Source of the DNA: Nitrospirota bacterium
GTDB taxonomy: Bacteria; Nitrospirota; Nitrospiria; JACQBW01
Length of the DNA stretch: 64,000 nt
NCBI GenBank assembly: GCA_016194305.1
Contig: JACQBW010000019.1
Location: forward strand, 47,204-111,203
Direction of reading: 5' to 3'
Every line of letters begins with the position of its first letter. The first letter of the stretch is position 1. Under the pieces are notes generated by a model. The model made no database searches, had not been told where the DNA came from, and saw nothing but the letters and a program-made list of their open reading frames with translations. The position numbers and the translations under genes are program-made. Below, one piece after another: positions 40,092 through 49,810 of this stretch.

Positions 40092-41286
40092 CTACAGAGG
40101 CCATTTTAAAGATCGGCAGGTACATTGCAATCACGATGAACCCGATCGTCACTCCGAGAAACACCATGAGCATTGGCTCAAGAAGAGAAGTGAGCGCCGT
40201 CACAGCCGAATCGACTTCATCATCATAAAAGTCGGCTATTTTCTCCAACATGGCATCCAGGGCGCCGGTAGACTCCCCGACACCGATCATCTGAACCACC
40301 ATCGGAGGGAAGACATTCGTCTTTTTCAACGGTTCAGCAATAGTTTTTCCTTCGCTGATACTCTGTTTCACTGACAACAAAGCTTCTTCGACCACTTTAT
40401 TTCCTGCGGTCTTTGCCACAATGGAAAGTCCCTCGAGAATGGGAACGCCTGAACTGATGAGCGTGCCCAGGGTTCTTGTAAATCCGGCCACAGAGGCTTT
40501 CCTGATCAGATCTCCTGCAACGGGCGTTTTAAGAAGGAGTCCGTCCACAAGGCGTCTTCCTTTGGGCGTTTTATAGTACCTCTTGAATACATAGCCTATC
40601 GCCACCAGGATCATCACGATATAAACAATGTTGTGCTGCATGAATTCGCTAATTGAAATGACGATGACCGTCGGGAGAGGAAGAGTTCCTCCAAAATCAG
40701 TGAACATTTTTGCAAATTGCGGGATGACCCACACCATCAATACCGTGATCACGATGACCGCAACGCTGACAATCACACCCGGATAAACCATAGCGGATTT
40801 TATCTGTTTCTTGAGTTTCATATTTTTTTCAATATGTTTGGAAAGCCGGTTTAAAATTGTATCTAAGATTCCTCCGGCCTCGCCGGCGGCGACCATATTG
40901 ACATAAAGATCATCAAACACTTTAGGATGTTTTCTCAGTGAATCTGCGTAGGTAGCTCCCCCTTCCACATCTTGACGAACCTGGACGAGCGTCTTCGCCA
41001 ATAGTTTGTTCTCGGACTGGGTCGAGATGATTTCAAGACATTGGACCAGTGGAAGGCCTGCATCGATCATCGTGGCAAATTGCCGTGTAAAGATAACAAT
41101 GTCCTTTTCGTTAACCTTACCTCCTCCAAACGAAAGACTAATTCCTGCCGGTTTCGGATTGACAGTCGTCACCAGAATATTCTGCTTTCTCAGAATATTG
41201 ACCACCTCATCTTTATTGGCAGCGGCGACTTCCCCTTTTTGAACTCCCCCTTGCCTTGTTCTTCCTGTCCAGACAAATGTTGCCAT
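40084..41286 (-). CDS. pilC: type IV pilus assembly platform protein PilC (GspF family)
   Basis: 400 aa. Duplicated GspF domain (FTRQFATMIDAGLPL..., FTRTLGTLISSGVPIL) and three TM segments. Confidence 0.9.
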   Translation of the reverse strand: MATFVWTGRTRQGGVQKGEVAAANKDEVVNILRKQNILVTTVNPKPAGISLSFGGGKVNEKDIVIFTRQFATMIDAGLPLVQCLEIISTQSENKLLAKTLVQVRQDVEGGATYADSLRKHPKVFDDLYVNMVAAGEAGGILDTILNRLSKHIEKNMKLKKQIKSAMVYPGVIVSVAVIVITVLMVWVIPQFAKMFTDFGGTLPLPTVIVISISEFMQHNIVYIVMILVAIGYVFKRYYKTPKGRRLVDGLLLKTPVAGDLIRKASVAGFTRTLGTLISSGVPILEGLSIVAKTAGNKVVEEALLSVKQSISEGKTIAEPLKKTNVFPPMVVQMIGVGESTGALDAMLEKIADFYDDEVDSAVTALTSLLEPMLMVFLGVTIGFIVIAMYLPIFKMASVVG

Positions 41287-41384
41287 AACGTTCCTCTTTC
41301 TATCAATAAACCGAAACCAGACACCCGCTCTCGCGAAGTGCGAATTGTACTTGCACAGTTAGACTTTGAATCCCCATTTTGAGA

Positions 41385-42497
41385 TCAGACATGCGCCATT
41401 TTTCCATCTTTCATGCCGCCGGGAGTCGGCGTTAATCCACCACGGTTGAACATCGCGTTGAGTTCGTCCTGGGCACTGGACCTTTGCAATGCCACTTCTT
41501 TGGAAATCTGCTTTCGGACCACGAGTTCATATAAAGCCTGGTTCATTGTCTGCATTCCATATTTTCCTTGACCCGTCTGCATTGTTGAATAAATCTGATG
41601 AAGCTTGTCTTCACGTATCAGATTTCGAATGGCCGCATTCGGAATCATGATTTCCATGGCCAGACATCTTCCTCCCCCGTGTTTTTCAATCAGTTGTTGG
41701 GAGACCACGCCCTCTAATACCATCGAAAGTTGAGCACGAACCTGGGGCTGTTGAATGGGAGGAAACACGTCTATAATACGATTCATGGTCTGAACGCAGG
41801 AATTGGTATGAAGCGTTCCCAGGGTAAGATGCCCTGTTTCGGCAATAGTCAGAGCGGCTTCAATCGTCTCCAGATCCCGCATTTCTCCAACCAAAACGAC
41901 GTCAGGATCCTGCCGTAGTATATACTTAAGGGCAGACTTAAAGGATTTCGTGTCTTGCTTGACCTCGCGCTGATTGACAATCGATTTCTTATGCGGATGA
42001 ATGTATTCGATCGGATCTTCCACGGTGATAATGTGTGAATGATTGTCCGAGTTGATTTTATCGATTATGGCGGCAAGCGTTGTTGATTTTCCGCTCCCGG
42101 TCTGTCCAGTCACGAGAACCAGGCCTCGCGGCCTCTCGCTGAGATCCTTAATCACCTTTGGCAAACCCAGTTCTTCAAAAGATCTGATTTTAAACGGAAT
42201 CACACGAATGGCTGCCGCGCAGGCTCCCCGTTGCATGAAGACGTTCACTCTGAACCGGCTTAGACCCTGAAGTCCAAATGCAAAATCGAGCTCATTTTCT
42301 TCTTCAAAGGAATGTTTCTGGGCATCTGTTAATATGCTATAAATCAGCTGTTTGGTATCAACTGGCGACAAGGGGGGTACTGCCATGGGGACCATGGAGC
42401 CGTCAATGCGCATCTGGGGAGGGGTCCCGGTGGTAATATGTAAATCCGTTCCCTTTTTCTCCAATAAGGCTTGTAATAATTGCTGTAAATTCGCCAT
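41385..42497 (-). CDS. pilT: type IV pilus retraction ATPase PilT
   Basis: 370 aa. Walker A GQTGSGKST, Asp box, Walker B DPDVVLVGEMRD, His box TGHLTLGTLHT, AIRNLIRE motif. Confidence 0.9.
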   Translation of the reverse strand: MANLQQLLQALLEKKGTDLHITTGTPPQMRIDGSMVPMAVPPLSPVDTKQLIYSILTDAQKHSFEEENELDFAFGLQGLSRFRVNVFMQRGACAAAIRVIPFKIRSFEELGLPKVIKDLSERPRGLVLVTGQTGSGKSTTLAAIIDKINSDNHSHIITVEDPIEYIHPHKKSIVNQREVKQDTKSFKSALKYILRQDPDVVLVGEMRDLETIEAALTIAETGHLTLGTLHTNSCVQTMNRIIDVFPPIQQPQVRAQLSMVLEGVVSQQLIEKHGGGRCLAMEIMIPNAAIRNLIREDKLHQIYSTMQTGQGKYGMQTMNQALYELVVRKQISKEVALQRSSAQDELNAMFNRGGLTPTPGGMKDGKMAHV

Positions 42498-42593
42498 GTT
42501 AGTCCTCTCTTATGAATGTACTACTTTAATAATTTAAAAGACGCTCTTCGTCTTTCTCATTCCCTCAATCCACCGTAACCCGGATTGAATAGA

Positions 42594-42645
42594 GACGGAG
42601 TGTCATGAGGCTGAAACATGGCCCGTTAAATACCACCATCAGGAG
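42594..42645 (+). repeat. possible eroded copy (F) of the structured intergenic element
   Basis: GACGGAGTGT-CATGAGG-CTGAAAC resembles copy E (CCGGAGTGT[hairpin]CATGAGG..CTGAAGC) with the hairpin deleted. It also abuts a minus-strand stop, that of pilB. Confidence 0.25.
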
Positions 42646-44343
42646 TCAGTCCGTAAACGTGGAACCTTCCACTTCTTCAACGGATGTCAACCCCTCTCTT
42701 ATTTTTTCAAGCCCGCTCATTCGCAAGGTTTTCATTCCTACCGCAATGGCTTTTTTCTTGAGCTCATCCGCGTTCGCTCCCTGCAAAATCAAAGCCTTAA
42801 TCTCGTCTCCAACTGGAAGTACCTCGTAGAGGCCAAGCCTTCCTTTGTATCCTTTATTGCTGCATGCGGTACAACCCTTACCCTTGTAACAAACGATAGA
42901 ACCGGCTTCTTCCTTTGAAAAGCCCATGAGGATGAGAGTCTCGGCGGGGACTTTTTCAACCTCTTTGCACTGTTGGCAGACTCTCCTAACAAGTCGTTGG
43001 GCCAGGATCAGCACACAGGAGGATGCCACCATGAATGGCTCTATTCCCATATTTAATAGACGGTTAATCGTTCCGGGCGCGTCATTGGTATGAAGGGTAC
43101 TCAGGACGAGATGACCCGTCAGAGCGGCTTTCACCGCAATTTCTGCGGTTTCAAAATCACGGATTTCCCCCACCATCACCACATCCGGATCCTGACGGAG
43201 AAATGACCGAAGTGCTGCTGCGAAATTCAGGCCGATATCTTCTTTCATTTGAACCTGGTTAATCCCTTCCAGGTTATATTCGACAGGATCTTCAGCTGTC
43301 ATAATATTGATATCGACGGTATTGATATGATGCATCGCGGAATAAAGAGTTGTCGTCTTTCCGCTTCCGGTTGGTCCGGTCACGAGCACCATTCCCCAGG
43401 GACTTTCGATTGCTTTCAGGAAATTTTCCATTGCCTTGGGCTCAAAACCAAGTTTTTTCAAGTCCACGTTCAGATTCCCTTTGTCCAAAATTCTCATCAC
43501 GATCTTTTCACCGAAGAGACAGGGGAGAATGGAAACGCGGAGATCGACCTCCTTTTCTGTCATTTTTAGCTTGATTCTTCCGTCTTGGGGAAGACGCCGT
43601 TCGGAAATATCGAGGTTTGACATGATTTTAATTCTTGAAGTCAGAGCAGCCTTCAGCTTCATGGGAGGCGCCATGACTTCCTGCAATTCGCCGTCCAATC
43701 GATAACGCACCCGGAATTTCTTCTCATAACATTCAATATGAATGTCGCTCACTCCTTTTTTGATTGCCTCGGTCAAGATAAGATTCACCAATTTAATCAC
43801 CGGAGCATCTTCAACCTCGGCCTTTAACTTATTCAGATCGACATCGTCATCCTCATCCTGGAGGACGTCCACCTCTTCTTCTTCAATATCCTGAAGCATG
43901 GTATTGATCTGATCCGAGGAATTATAATATTTTGTCATGGCAGACAAAATGCCACTTTCTGACGCGAGAACCGGCGAGACATCATAACCGGTCATAAATT
44001 TGATATCGTCAATGGCAAAAATATTGGATGGATCGATCATGGCAATATGAAGCAGAGCGCCCGATCTCTTGACCGGAATAATTTTGTATTTCTGGACAAG
44101 CTCTGAAGGAACCAGTTTGATCACGCTGGATTCAATCTCTACTTTAGTTAAATCAATGTAAGGCAGTCTCAGCTGTGTGCTCAAAAACTGAAGGAGTTTA
44201 ATTTCCTCGATGGCACCCATTTTGACTAATACGGAGTCGAATATACCTCCGTCTTTCTTATGCGAAACGAGCGCCTTTTGATAATTGTCTTCGGAAATGA
44301 GATTGCCCTGCACAAGTAATTTTCCCAATTTTTCAGGAACCAT
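42646..44343 (-). CDS. pilB: type IV pilus assembly ATPase PilB (GspE family)
   Basis: 565 aa. N-terminal T2SSE_N-like domain, Walker A GPTGSGKTT, DPDVVMVGEIRD, TGHLVLSTLHT, and a tetra-Cys cluster CQQC...CTAC. Confidence 0.9.
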   Translation of the reverse strand: MVPEKLGKLLVQGNLISEDNYQKALVSHKKDGGIFDSVLVKMGAIEEIKLLQFLSTQLRLPYIDLTKVEIESSVIKLVPSELVQKYKIIPVKRSGALLHIAMIDPSNIFAIDDIKFMTGYDVSPVLASESGILSAMTKYYNSSDQINTMLQDIEEEEVDVLQDEDDDVDLNKLKAEVEDAPVIKLVNLILTEAIKKGVSDIHIECYEKKFRVRYRLDGELQEVMAPPMKLKAALTSRIKIMSNLDISERRLPQDGRIKLKMTEKEVDLRVSILPCLFGEKIVMRILDKGNLNVDLKKLGFEPKAMENFLKAIESPWGMVLVTGPTGSGKTTTLYSAMHHINTVDINIMTAEDPVEYNLEGINQVQMKEDIGLNFAAALRSFLRQDPDVVMVGEIRDFETAEIAVKAALTGHLVLSTLHTNDAPGTINRLLNMGIEPFMVASSCVLILAQRLVRRVCQQCKEVEKVPAETLILMGFSKEEAGSIVCYKGKGCTACSNKGYKGRLGLYEVLPVGDEIKALILQGANADELKKKAIAVGMKTLRMSGLEKIREGLTSVEEVEGSTFTD

Positions 44344-44542
44344 TGTGACTCCAAAATGTAAAAAGAAGGAGAAAAAAAGGTGTCCAAACTGACTGACAAC
44401 CTGATAAGAAGTGTATCCACGAACCTTTTTTTTGTCAAACCAGCACGGGGGACTTTCATCCGGACTGAACGGAGGATTCGAGGGCTCTTGGAAATGAAAA
44501 CTTACATGACACGAAAGGGGAATTATAATTTGGAGGAAAGGA

Positions 44543-45406
44543 CTATTTTAAGAAAGATGACCGGATTGAAAGAACTCCGGACATGGCACGCAATGGGGCC
44601 CGTTTACCGGTCCAGATCTGAAAAGCCAAGGCACCCTGAAAAAGGAGCATTCCTGCCCCATTAATCACGGAACACCTCCTTTTCCGGGCTGCTTTCAAAA
44701 AGGCGGTTGAAGGGGGATTGTAGATGAGATCACAAACCTTTAATTTCGCATGAAAATAGTGAGAGGGAATCGGCGAAGGTTCACCCGGAAAAAGTCCGAC
44801 CGAAGTCGTGTTAACGAGAAGATCTGAATTCAAAATGAGCTTTTTTAATTCAGGATCGTGGAGAGATAAGGAAACAACCTTAATGCCGGGAAAATACCGA
44901 TTGAGCGTTTTTTTAAGTTTCATCCCGTTTTCTGCTGTCCGATTCGCGATTCCGATGACTTTAATTTTTTCGAGACAAAGCTGAATCGCGACAGCTCTCG
45001 CCGCACCCCCCGCGCCGAGTATCACCGCGGTTCTCGCTTTCGCCGAGAAGTTCCATTTTTTTTTAAGAGATGCTAAAAAGCCTGCTCCGTCTGTATTGAA
45101 TCCTTTTAATTTTCCGTTTTCAATCAGGACGGTGTTCACCGCACCGATCATTTTCGCTTCCGGAGAAATTTGATCCAGGAAGGGCATGATTTTTTCTTTA
45201 AAAGGAAGGGTTACATTGAAACCCCTAAATCCCAGGTTCTTGAGTGCTTGAATTCCGTTTTTAAGGTTTAGTGGGGAAATCTCAAAGGAAAGATAACGAT
45301 AGTTAAGATTCAGCTTTTTAAACGCGGCTTCGTGCATTTGGGGTGAGAGGGAATGCGAAACGGGATGGCCAATAATGGCCAGGTAAGTGGTATTTTCTCC
45401 CTTCAT
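44543..45406 (-). CDS. aroE: shikimate dehydrogenase
   Basis: 287 aa. GHPVSHSLSPQMH, NVTLPFK, NTDG, GAGGAARA Rossmann motif. Confidence 0.9.
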   Translation of the reverse strand: MKGENTTYLAIIGHPVSHSLSPQMHEAAFKKLNLNYRYLSFEISPLNLKNGIQALKNLGFRGFNVTLPFKEKIMPFLDQISPEAKMIGAVNTVLIENGKLKGFNTDGAGFLASLKKKWNFSAKARTAVILGAGGAARAVAIQLCLEKIKVIGIANRTAENGMKLKKTLNRYFPGIKVVSLSLHDPELKKLILNSDLLVNTTSVGLFPGEPSPIPSHYFHAKLKVCDLIYNPPSTAFLKAARKRRCSVINGAGMLLFQGALAFQIWTGKRAPLRAMSGVLSIRSSFLK

Positions 45407-46731
45407 CCCAGATTCTCTATAAATTCCGCGAGTCCTTTCGCCGTTGATTCAACCAGAATGGTCTCAACACCCAGAACCTTTTCCAGATTTTCAAAAGGCG
45501 TCTCGTCAAGAAATAACTGATTAAATTCATTAAGTGCAACAGATGGAATGAGCAGAACATCGCCCAAATCCCTGTCTTTAAGCTGCGCCAGGATGTCGCC
45601 GCCTGCAATTAATCCGGTCATCGTAACCGAATGCCCTAAAAAATCATTTTGAATCTGAAAAAGCTGGAAAGTCACTCCGTCGATTTGAATTTGATCCAAA
45701 ATCTTTTTCAAATAGGGATAAAATGAGGCCCCCGTGATCAGGGAAACTGTTTTCTTTCCCTCGATTTTATCCGGAAATTGACCTATAAACATCTCCATTT
45801 CCGATAAAAATGCGGTCACCATTCCAACACCGTTCTCAAGTTGAGGAAAATCAGCATAATAGTCCAAAGAAGGGAGTGGAAGTTCTCCGATAATAAACAT
45901 TTCATCCGCCGGAAAGAGAAACGGATAGTCTATCTCCCGCTTCAATTCCTCTCGCCAGGCTTCAATGGCAAGAATGGTTTTTCTGGCATATTCGGGGGTA
46001 AATGTCGGCAGAGAAGGGAGATTTTCACGATGTTTCGTGAGCCCGACTGGAACGATCGCGAGCGACATGACACCCGGGTAGAATTTCGCCAGGTCTCTCA
46101 CGCTCCTTTCCAGATAATCGCCATCGTTGAGTTGCGGCGTCAGGACGATCTGGGTATGAAGACGAATTCCTTGTGCGGTCAATTCCGAAATCTGTGGCAG
46201 GATGGGAGGAGCATGTTCATTTTTCAGGAGGTCTTTTCTTAGCTCGACATCGGTTGTATGAACAGAAATATATAGGGGAGAGAGCTTCTGTTCGTATATT
46301 CGCTCCTTATCTTTCCTGGAAAGATTGGTTAAGGTAATATAATTTCCAAACATAAACGAAAAACGATAGTCCTCGTCACGAATGTAAAGGGATTTGCGAT
46401 ATCCATCCGGCATCTGATCGACGAAACAAAATTCACACTCATTCGGACACTGTCGAATCTTCATAGGAGAGAACTCGATACCCAACCCTTCATCGAATTC
46501 CTTTTCGATCTCGATCTCCCAGATTTCGCCATCTTGTTTCGCCAGTTCGACTGTGATCACTTCTTCAGTTGAATAGAATTTATAATCGATAACGTCCCGG
46601 AGAAATTTGCCATTGACAGTCAAAAGCTCATCCTCTTTTTCGATGCCCACCTCTTCGGCAATGCTTCCAGGTTCCACATTGACGATGAGCAGACCCTTTG
46701 GCCTCATTGTTTTGACTTCAGCAATCTTCAT
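45403..46731 (-). CDS. PDZ-domain radical-SAM-like protein (DUF512 family)
   Basis: 442 aa. N-terminal PDZ (VEPGSIAEEVGIEKEDELLTVNG) and a CPNECEFC (Cx3Cx2C) cluster motif. 4-nt overlap with aroE. Confidence 0.7.
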   Translation of the reverse strand: MKIAEVKTMRPKGLLIVNVEPGSIAEEVGIEKEDELLTVNGKFLRDVIDYKFYSTEEVITVELAKQDGEIWEIEIEKEFDEGLGIEFSPMKIRQCPNECEFCFVDQMPDGYRKSLYIRDEDYRFSFMFGNYITLTNLSRKDKERIYEQKLSPLYISVHTTDVELRKDLLKNEHAPPILPQISELTAQGIRLHTQIVLTPQLNDGDYLERSVRDLAKFYPGVMSLAIVPVGLTKHRENLPSLPTFTPEYARKTILAIEAWREELKREIDYPFLFPADEMFIIGELPLPSLDYYADFPQLENGVGMVTAFLSEMEMFIGQFPDKIEGKKTVSLITGASFYPYLKKILDQIQIDGVTFQLFQIQNDFLGHSVTMTGLIAGGDILAQLKDRDLGDVLLIPSVALNEFNQLFLDETPFENLEKVLGVETILVESTAKGLAEFIENLG

Positions 46732-46971
46732 TTATTTAATAAAACCTCGGTATATATAATGGAACCTTTTCCCACCAGGGTCGGAGTAATATTGACCTCG
46801 ATCTGAACCTTTTCCAGAATTATTGCGCCCATGACCAAAACGACATCCCGGCTCACTAGAATAACAGAGACTTATACCGGGATCAATTTGATAATCAACG
46901 TAGACCAGGCAATTGATGAAAAAAGGGATGAGCAGGTTTCCAAAGAGCGAAATTGAATACGGAATATGCAT
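46732..46971 (-). CDS. possible small membrane protein (weak call)
   Basis: 79-codon ORF with a hydrophobic N-terminus (ISLFGNLLIPFFINCLVYV). Its TAA stop is immediately followed by the DUF512 ATG. There is no recognisable RBS, and it may be spurious within an AT-rich promoter region. Confidence 0.25.
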   Translation of the reverse strand: MHIPYSISLFGNLLIPFFINCLVYVDYQIDPGISLCYSSEPGCRFGHGRNNSGKGSDRGQYYSDPGGKRFHYIYRGFIK

Positions 46972-47170
46972 CAGGGAACAAGGGTAAGATTATAGGGTCA
47001 ATTTGATTTACATGTCAACCCAGGTTCGAGTAAAATGATAAGTTTTGCTTTACAAAAACAGAAAATTAATGTATAACTCACCCTAAATATAACTCTTTGA
47101 TTTTTAACTATTTTTATGAGTTTATTCCCCTATATTATGAATTCTCATAGGCCTGGAATTTGGAGCGGAT

Positions 47171-47446
47171 ATGGAACCGGTTGAAATTCATCAGATTGAA
47201 GGATTTGACCCAAGAAACCGAATGTTTAACAGAAATATTTCTGTCTACAGGAAAGAAAGGAGCTTTTCCGCTCAGCTTTCTTATGAAGAGCTATTTCTGG
47301 AGTCACCTCATTACCCCACCCCCGGAGAAGCCGTGAGAGAACTTGTTAAATTGGTCCTCGGTGAAAAATTTTCCCGGATAAGAACCCGACTCAATTTTAA
47401 AGGAAAGAAATATTTGACCGAGCTTGAGCCCTGGATCGAGTTTTAG
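47171..47446 (+). CDS. hypothetical 91-aa protein
   Basis: ORF with a GGAG-containing leader. Its TAG stop directly abuts the ATG of the PilZ gene. No family recognised. Confidence 0.45.
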   Translation: MEPVEIHQIEGFDPRNRMFNRNISVYRKERSFSAQLSYEELFLESPHYPTPGEAVRELVKLVLGEKFSRIRTRLNFKGKKYLTELEPWIEF

Positions 47447-47953
47447 ATGGATTTCTTGATAACGGAATCATCAGAGCACAGGAAACATTTTTTTAGAATT
47501 GAACCGGGAAAAGAAATTGTTTCCCTTTTCGACGGAGAAGGTAATTTTCTCAAATCCGCGACTTTCGATGAAATGGCGAGCCTGTTGCTTGAATCAAAAA
47601 TGGGAACCCGAAGAAAGCATTTGAGAACAACCATGGCCGTCAAGATAAAATATCAGAGTGAAAATGGTTCCTGGAAAGAAAGTATAACCGGAACTTTGGG
47701 TACCGGAGGGCTGTTTATTGAAACCCCTTCACCCTTTGACAAAGGCTCCGACATCGCCCTTGAACTGTTTCTTCCTGACAGTCCTCCCCAAACCGTTAAA
47801 ACAAAGGGAAAAGTGGTCTGGACAAGAAACCAGTTTGAAAAGGTTCTTCACTTTCCCGGAATGGGAATCGAATTTAGCAAAATTTCGGGCAACGAGCGCG
47901 ACGCCATAGAACGCCTCATCAAGACCATCAACCGGTCTAGAGGAATGGAATAG
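47447..47953 (+). CDS. PilZ-domain (c-di-GMP binding) protein
   Basis: 168 aa. RRKHLR (RxxxR) followed by the TLGTGGLFIET (D/N-x-S-x-x-G-like) motif at typical spacing. Confidence 0.75.
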   Translation: MDFLITESSEHRKHFFRIEPGKEIVSLFDGEGNFLKSATFDEMASLLLESKMGTRRKHLRTTMAVKIKYQSENGSWKESITGTLGTGGLFIETPSPFDKGSDIALELFLPDSPPQTVKTKGKVVWTRNQFEKVLHFPGMGIEFSKISGNERDAIERLIKTINRSRGME

Positions 47954-48097
47954 CCGGGCATTGCGATAAAATGATCCGCCTGGATTTCTCTTCTATCATG
48001 TTAAGACTTGCCTAAAACAATAACCCGTGGTACATTCAGCGGATTATTATTAATCTTAACCATCACTTGGTCTTTAACAAGAAGATAGGAGAAAACT

Positions 48098-48895
48098 GTG
48101 AAAAGAATGCCGTTTTTAACACTCTGCGCCATTGCGTTGCTTTCAGTTAATTATCCCGCTGTTGCCGAAGAGCTGGCCAATGTCAATGGCACATCGATTA
48201 CCACCGAAGATTACAAAAAGAATATGGCCCAGGTTCCGCCCCAAATGAAAAGTCAATTCTCAACACTTGAGGAAAAGAAAAAGTTTCTGAATATTATTGT
48301 CGATCGGGAAGTCCTCTCCCAGGAAGCTAAAAAGGCCGGAATGGATAAAGATCCTGCCTATCTGGAAGAAGTGGAATTGGCCAAAAAAGAGATCTTGGTC
48401 AATATTATGGCTCAGAAATTAAACAAAGACAAAGTCAGTGACGATGCGATCAAGGCTTATTTCAATAAAAATATTAAGGAATTTCAGCTAGTCCATGCGA
48501 GCCACATCTTAGTCAAAACAGAAGAAGAAGCTCAGAAAATCAAGAAGGAACTCGCTGCGGGAGGAGATTTTGCGGAACTTGCAAAAAAATATTCCACCGA
48601 TCCCGGATCGGGTTCAAAAGGGGGAGACCTTTCATTTTTCAGTCGGAAACAGATGGTTCCCGCTTTTTCGGACCTTGCATTCAAATTAAAGCCAGGGGAA
48701 ATGGGCGGGCCCGTCAAGACCCAATTTGGATTCCACCTGATTAAAGTCCTGGAAGTTAAAAATCAAAAATTTGAGGAGTTAACCCAGGAAAATACCAGAA
48801 CCATTCGTACCGCGATTATTAATGACGAAATTGAAAAATTGAAATCTAAGGGAAAAGTTACCATAAACGAGGAAGCGCTGAAAAAGGCAGAATAA
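48098..48895 (+). CDS. parvulin-type peptidyl-prolyl isomerase (PrsA/SurA-like), exported
   Basis: 265 aa with a GTG start and a signal peptide. ASHILV...GGDLSFFSRKQMVPAF...FGFHLIKV is the PpiC rotamase signature. Confidence 0.85.
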   Translation: MKRMPFLTLCAIALLSVNYPAVAEELANVNGTSITTEDYKKNMAQVPPQMKSQFSTLEEKKKFLNIIVDREVLSQEAKKAGMDKDPAYLEEVELAKKEILVNIMAQKLNKDKVSDDAIKAYFNKNIKEFQLVHASHILVKTEEEAQKIKKELAAGGDFAELAKKYSTDPGSGSKGGDLSFFSRKQMVPAFSDLAFKLKPGEMGGPVKTQFGFHLIKVLEVKNQKFEELTQENTRTIRTAIINDEIEKLKSKGKVTINEEALKKAE

Positions 48896-48916
48896 CCCCT
48901 GATAGGGCCGAATAGA

Positions 48917-49753
48917 ATGGGATCAAAAAGTCGTTTTCACCTATTAGTCCTTCTGGCATTCCTTTTTTTCCTGAACTCAATTTCCGCCGCGGCGGAAATC
49001 GGAAAAAAGTTTGAAATCACCTGGCTAGGCCAGGCGGGATTTAAAATTGTGTCACCCAGCGGAACGGTTATTCTTATTGATCCCTGGGCCAAAGGGAATA
49101 ATCTCTACCCCTACAAAAATTCGACCGGAGAACCTGATCTTTCTCCGCTTCTATCCGCCGATATCATTCTCATAACTCACGGGCATCTTGATCATTTGGG
49201 AGACACCATTCCGATTGCGAATGATCCTGGATCTAAGAAAGAGTTAAAAATAGTCTCTATTTTTGAACTCATGACTTACCTGTGGCAGGAAGGCGTCGAT
49301 CAAAAGAAACTCGTACCGATGAATATCGGGGGAAGCGTAAAGGTGAATGACGTTCAAATCACGATGGTCCGGGCGGTTCATAGTTCAGGTATCGGACCTT
49401 TTTCTCCAAAAAGTCTCACTTACGGAGGTGAAGCGGCGGGATTTATTATTGAAATGAATAACGGATTTAAAATTTATCATACAGGCGATACGGCACTTTT
49501 TGGTGAAATGAAAACCTACAATACTTACTATCATCCCAATCTGATGCTGGTTCCAATCGGAGGCGTGTATACCATGGGTCCGAAGGAGGCCGCAATGGCC
49601 GTGGAACTGGTTCACCCCCAATATGTCATCCCCATGCACTATGGTGGCACTTTTAATCTTCCCGGCACTCCCTCTGAATTTAAAACCGCTCTGAACAAAA
49701 GAGGTAAAGGAATCAAGTTGATTGTTCCCACGCCCGGCAAAGCAATTAATTAA
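48917..49753 (+). CDS. metallo-beta-lactamase-fold hydrolase, exported
   Basis: 278 aa with a signal peptide. ITHGHLDHLGD (HxHxDH) and a later HTGDT motif. Confidence 0.75.
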   Translation: MGSKSRFHLLVLLAFLFFLNSISAAAEIGKKFEITWLGQAGFKIVSPSGTVILIDPWAKGNNLYPYKNSTGEPDLSPLLSADIILITHGHLDHLGDTIPIANDPGSKKELKIVSIFELMTYLWQEGVDQKKLVPMNIGGSVKVNDVQITMVRAVHSSGIGPFSPKSLTYGGEAAGFIIEMNNGFKIYHTGDTALFGEMKTYNTYYHPNLMLVPIGGVYTMGPKEAAMAVELVHPQYVIPMHYGGTFNLPGTPSEFKTALNKRGKGIKLIVPTPGKAIN

Positions 49754-49810
49754 GTCTTTAAAGTGAACAGAAACCTATGACGTCTAAACCGAAGAGAATG
49801 GATTAGATGC

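Noticed and set aside
44578-44596. TGGCACGCAATGGGGC, a sigma54-like motif on the + strand
   Set aside because: It lies inside the aroE coding region on the opposite strand, and the -12 element is GGGG rather than TTGC, so I take it as a chance match.
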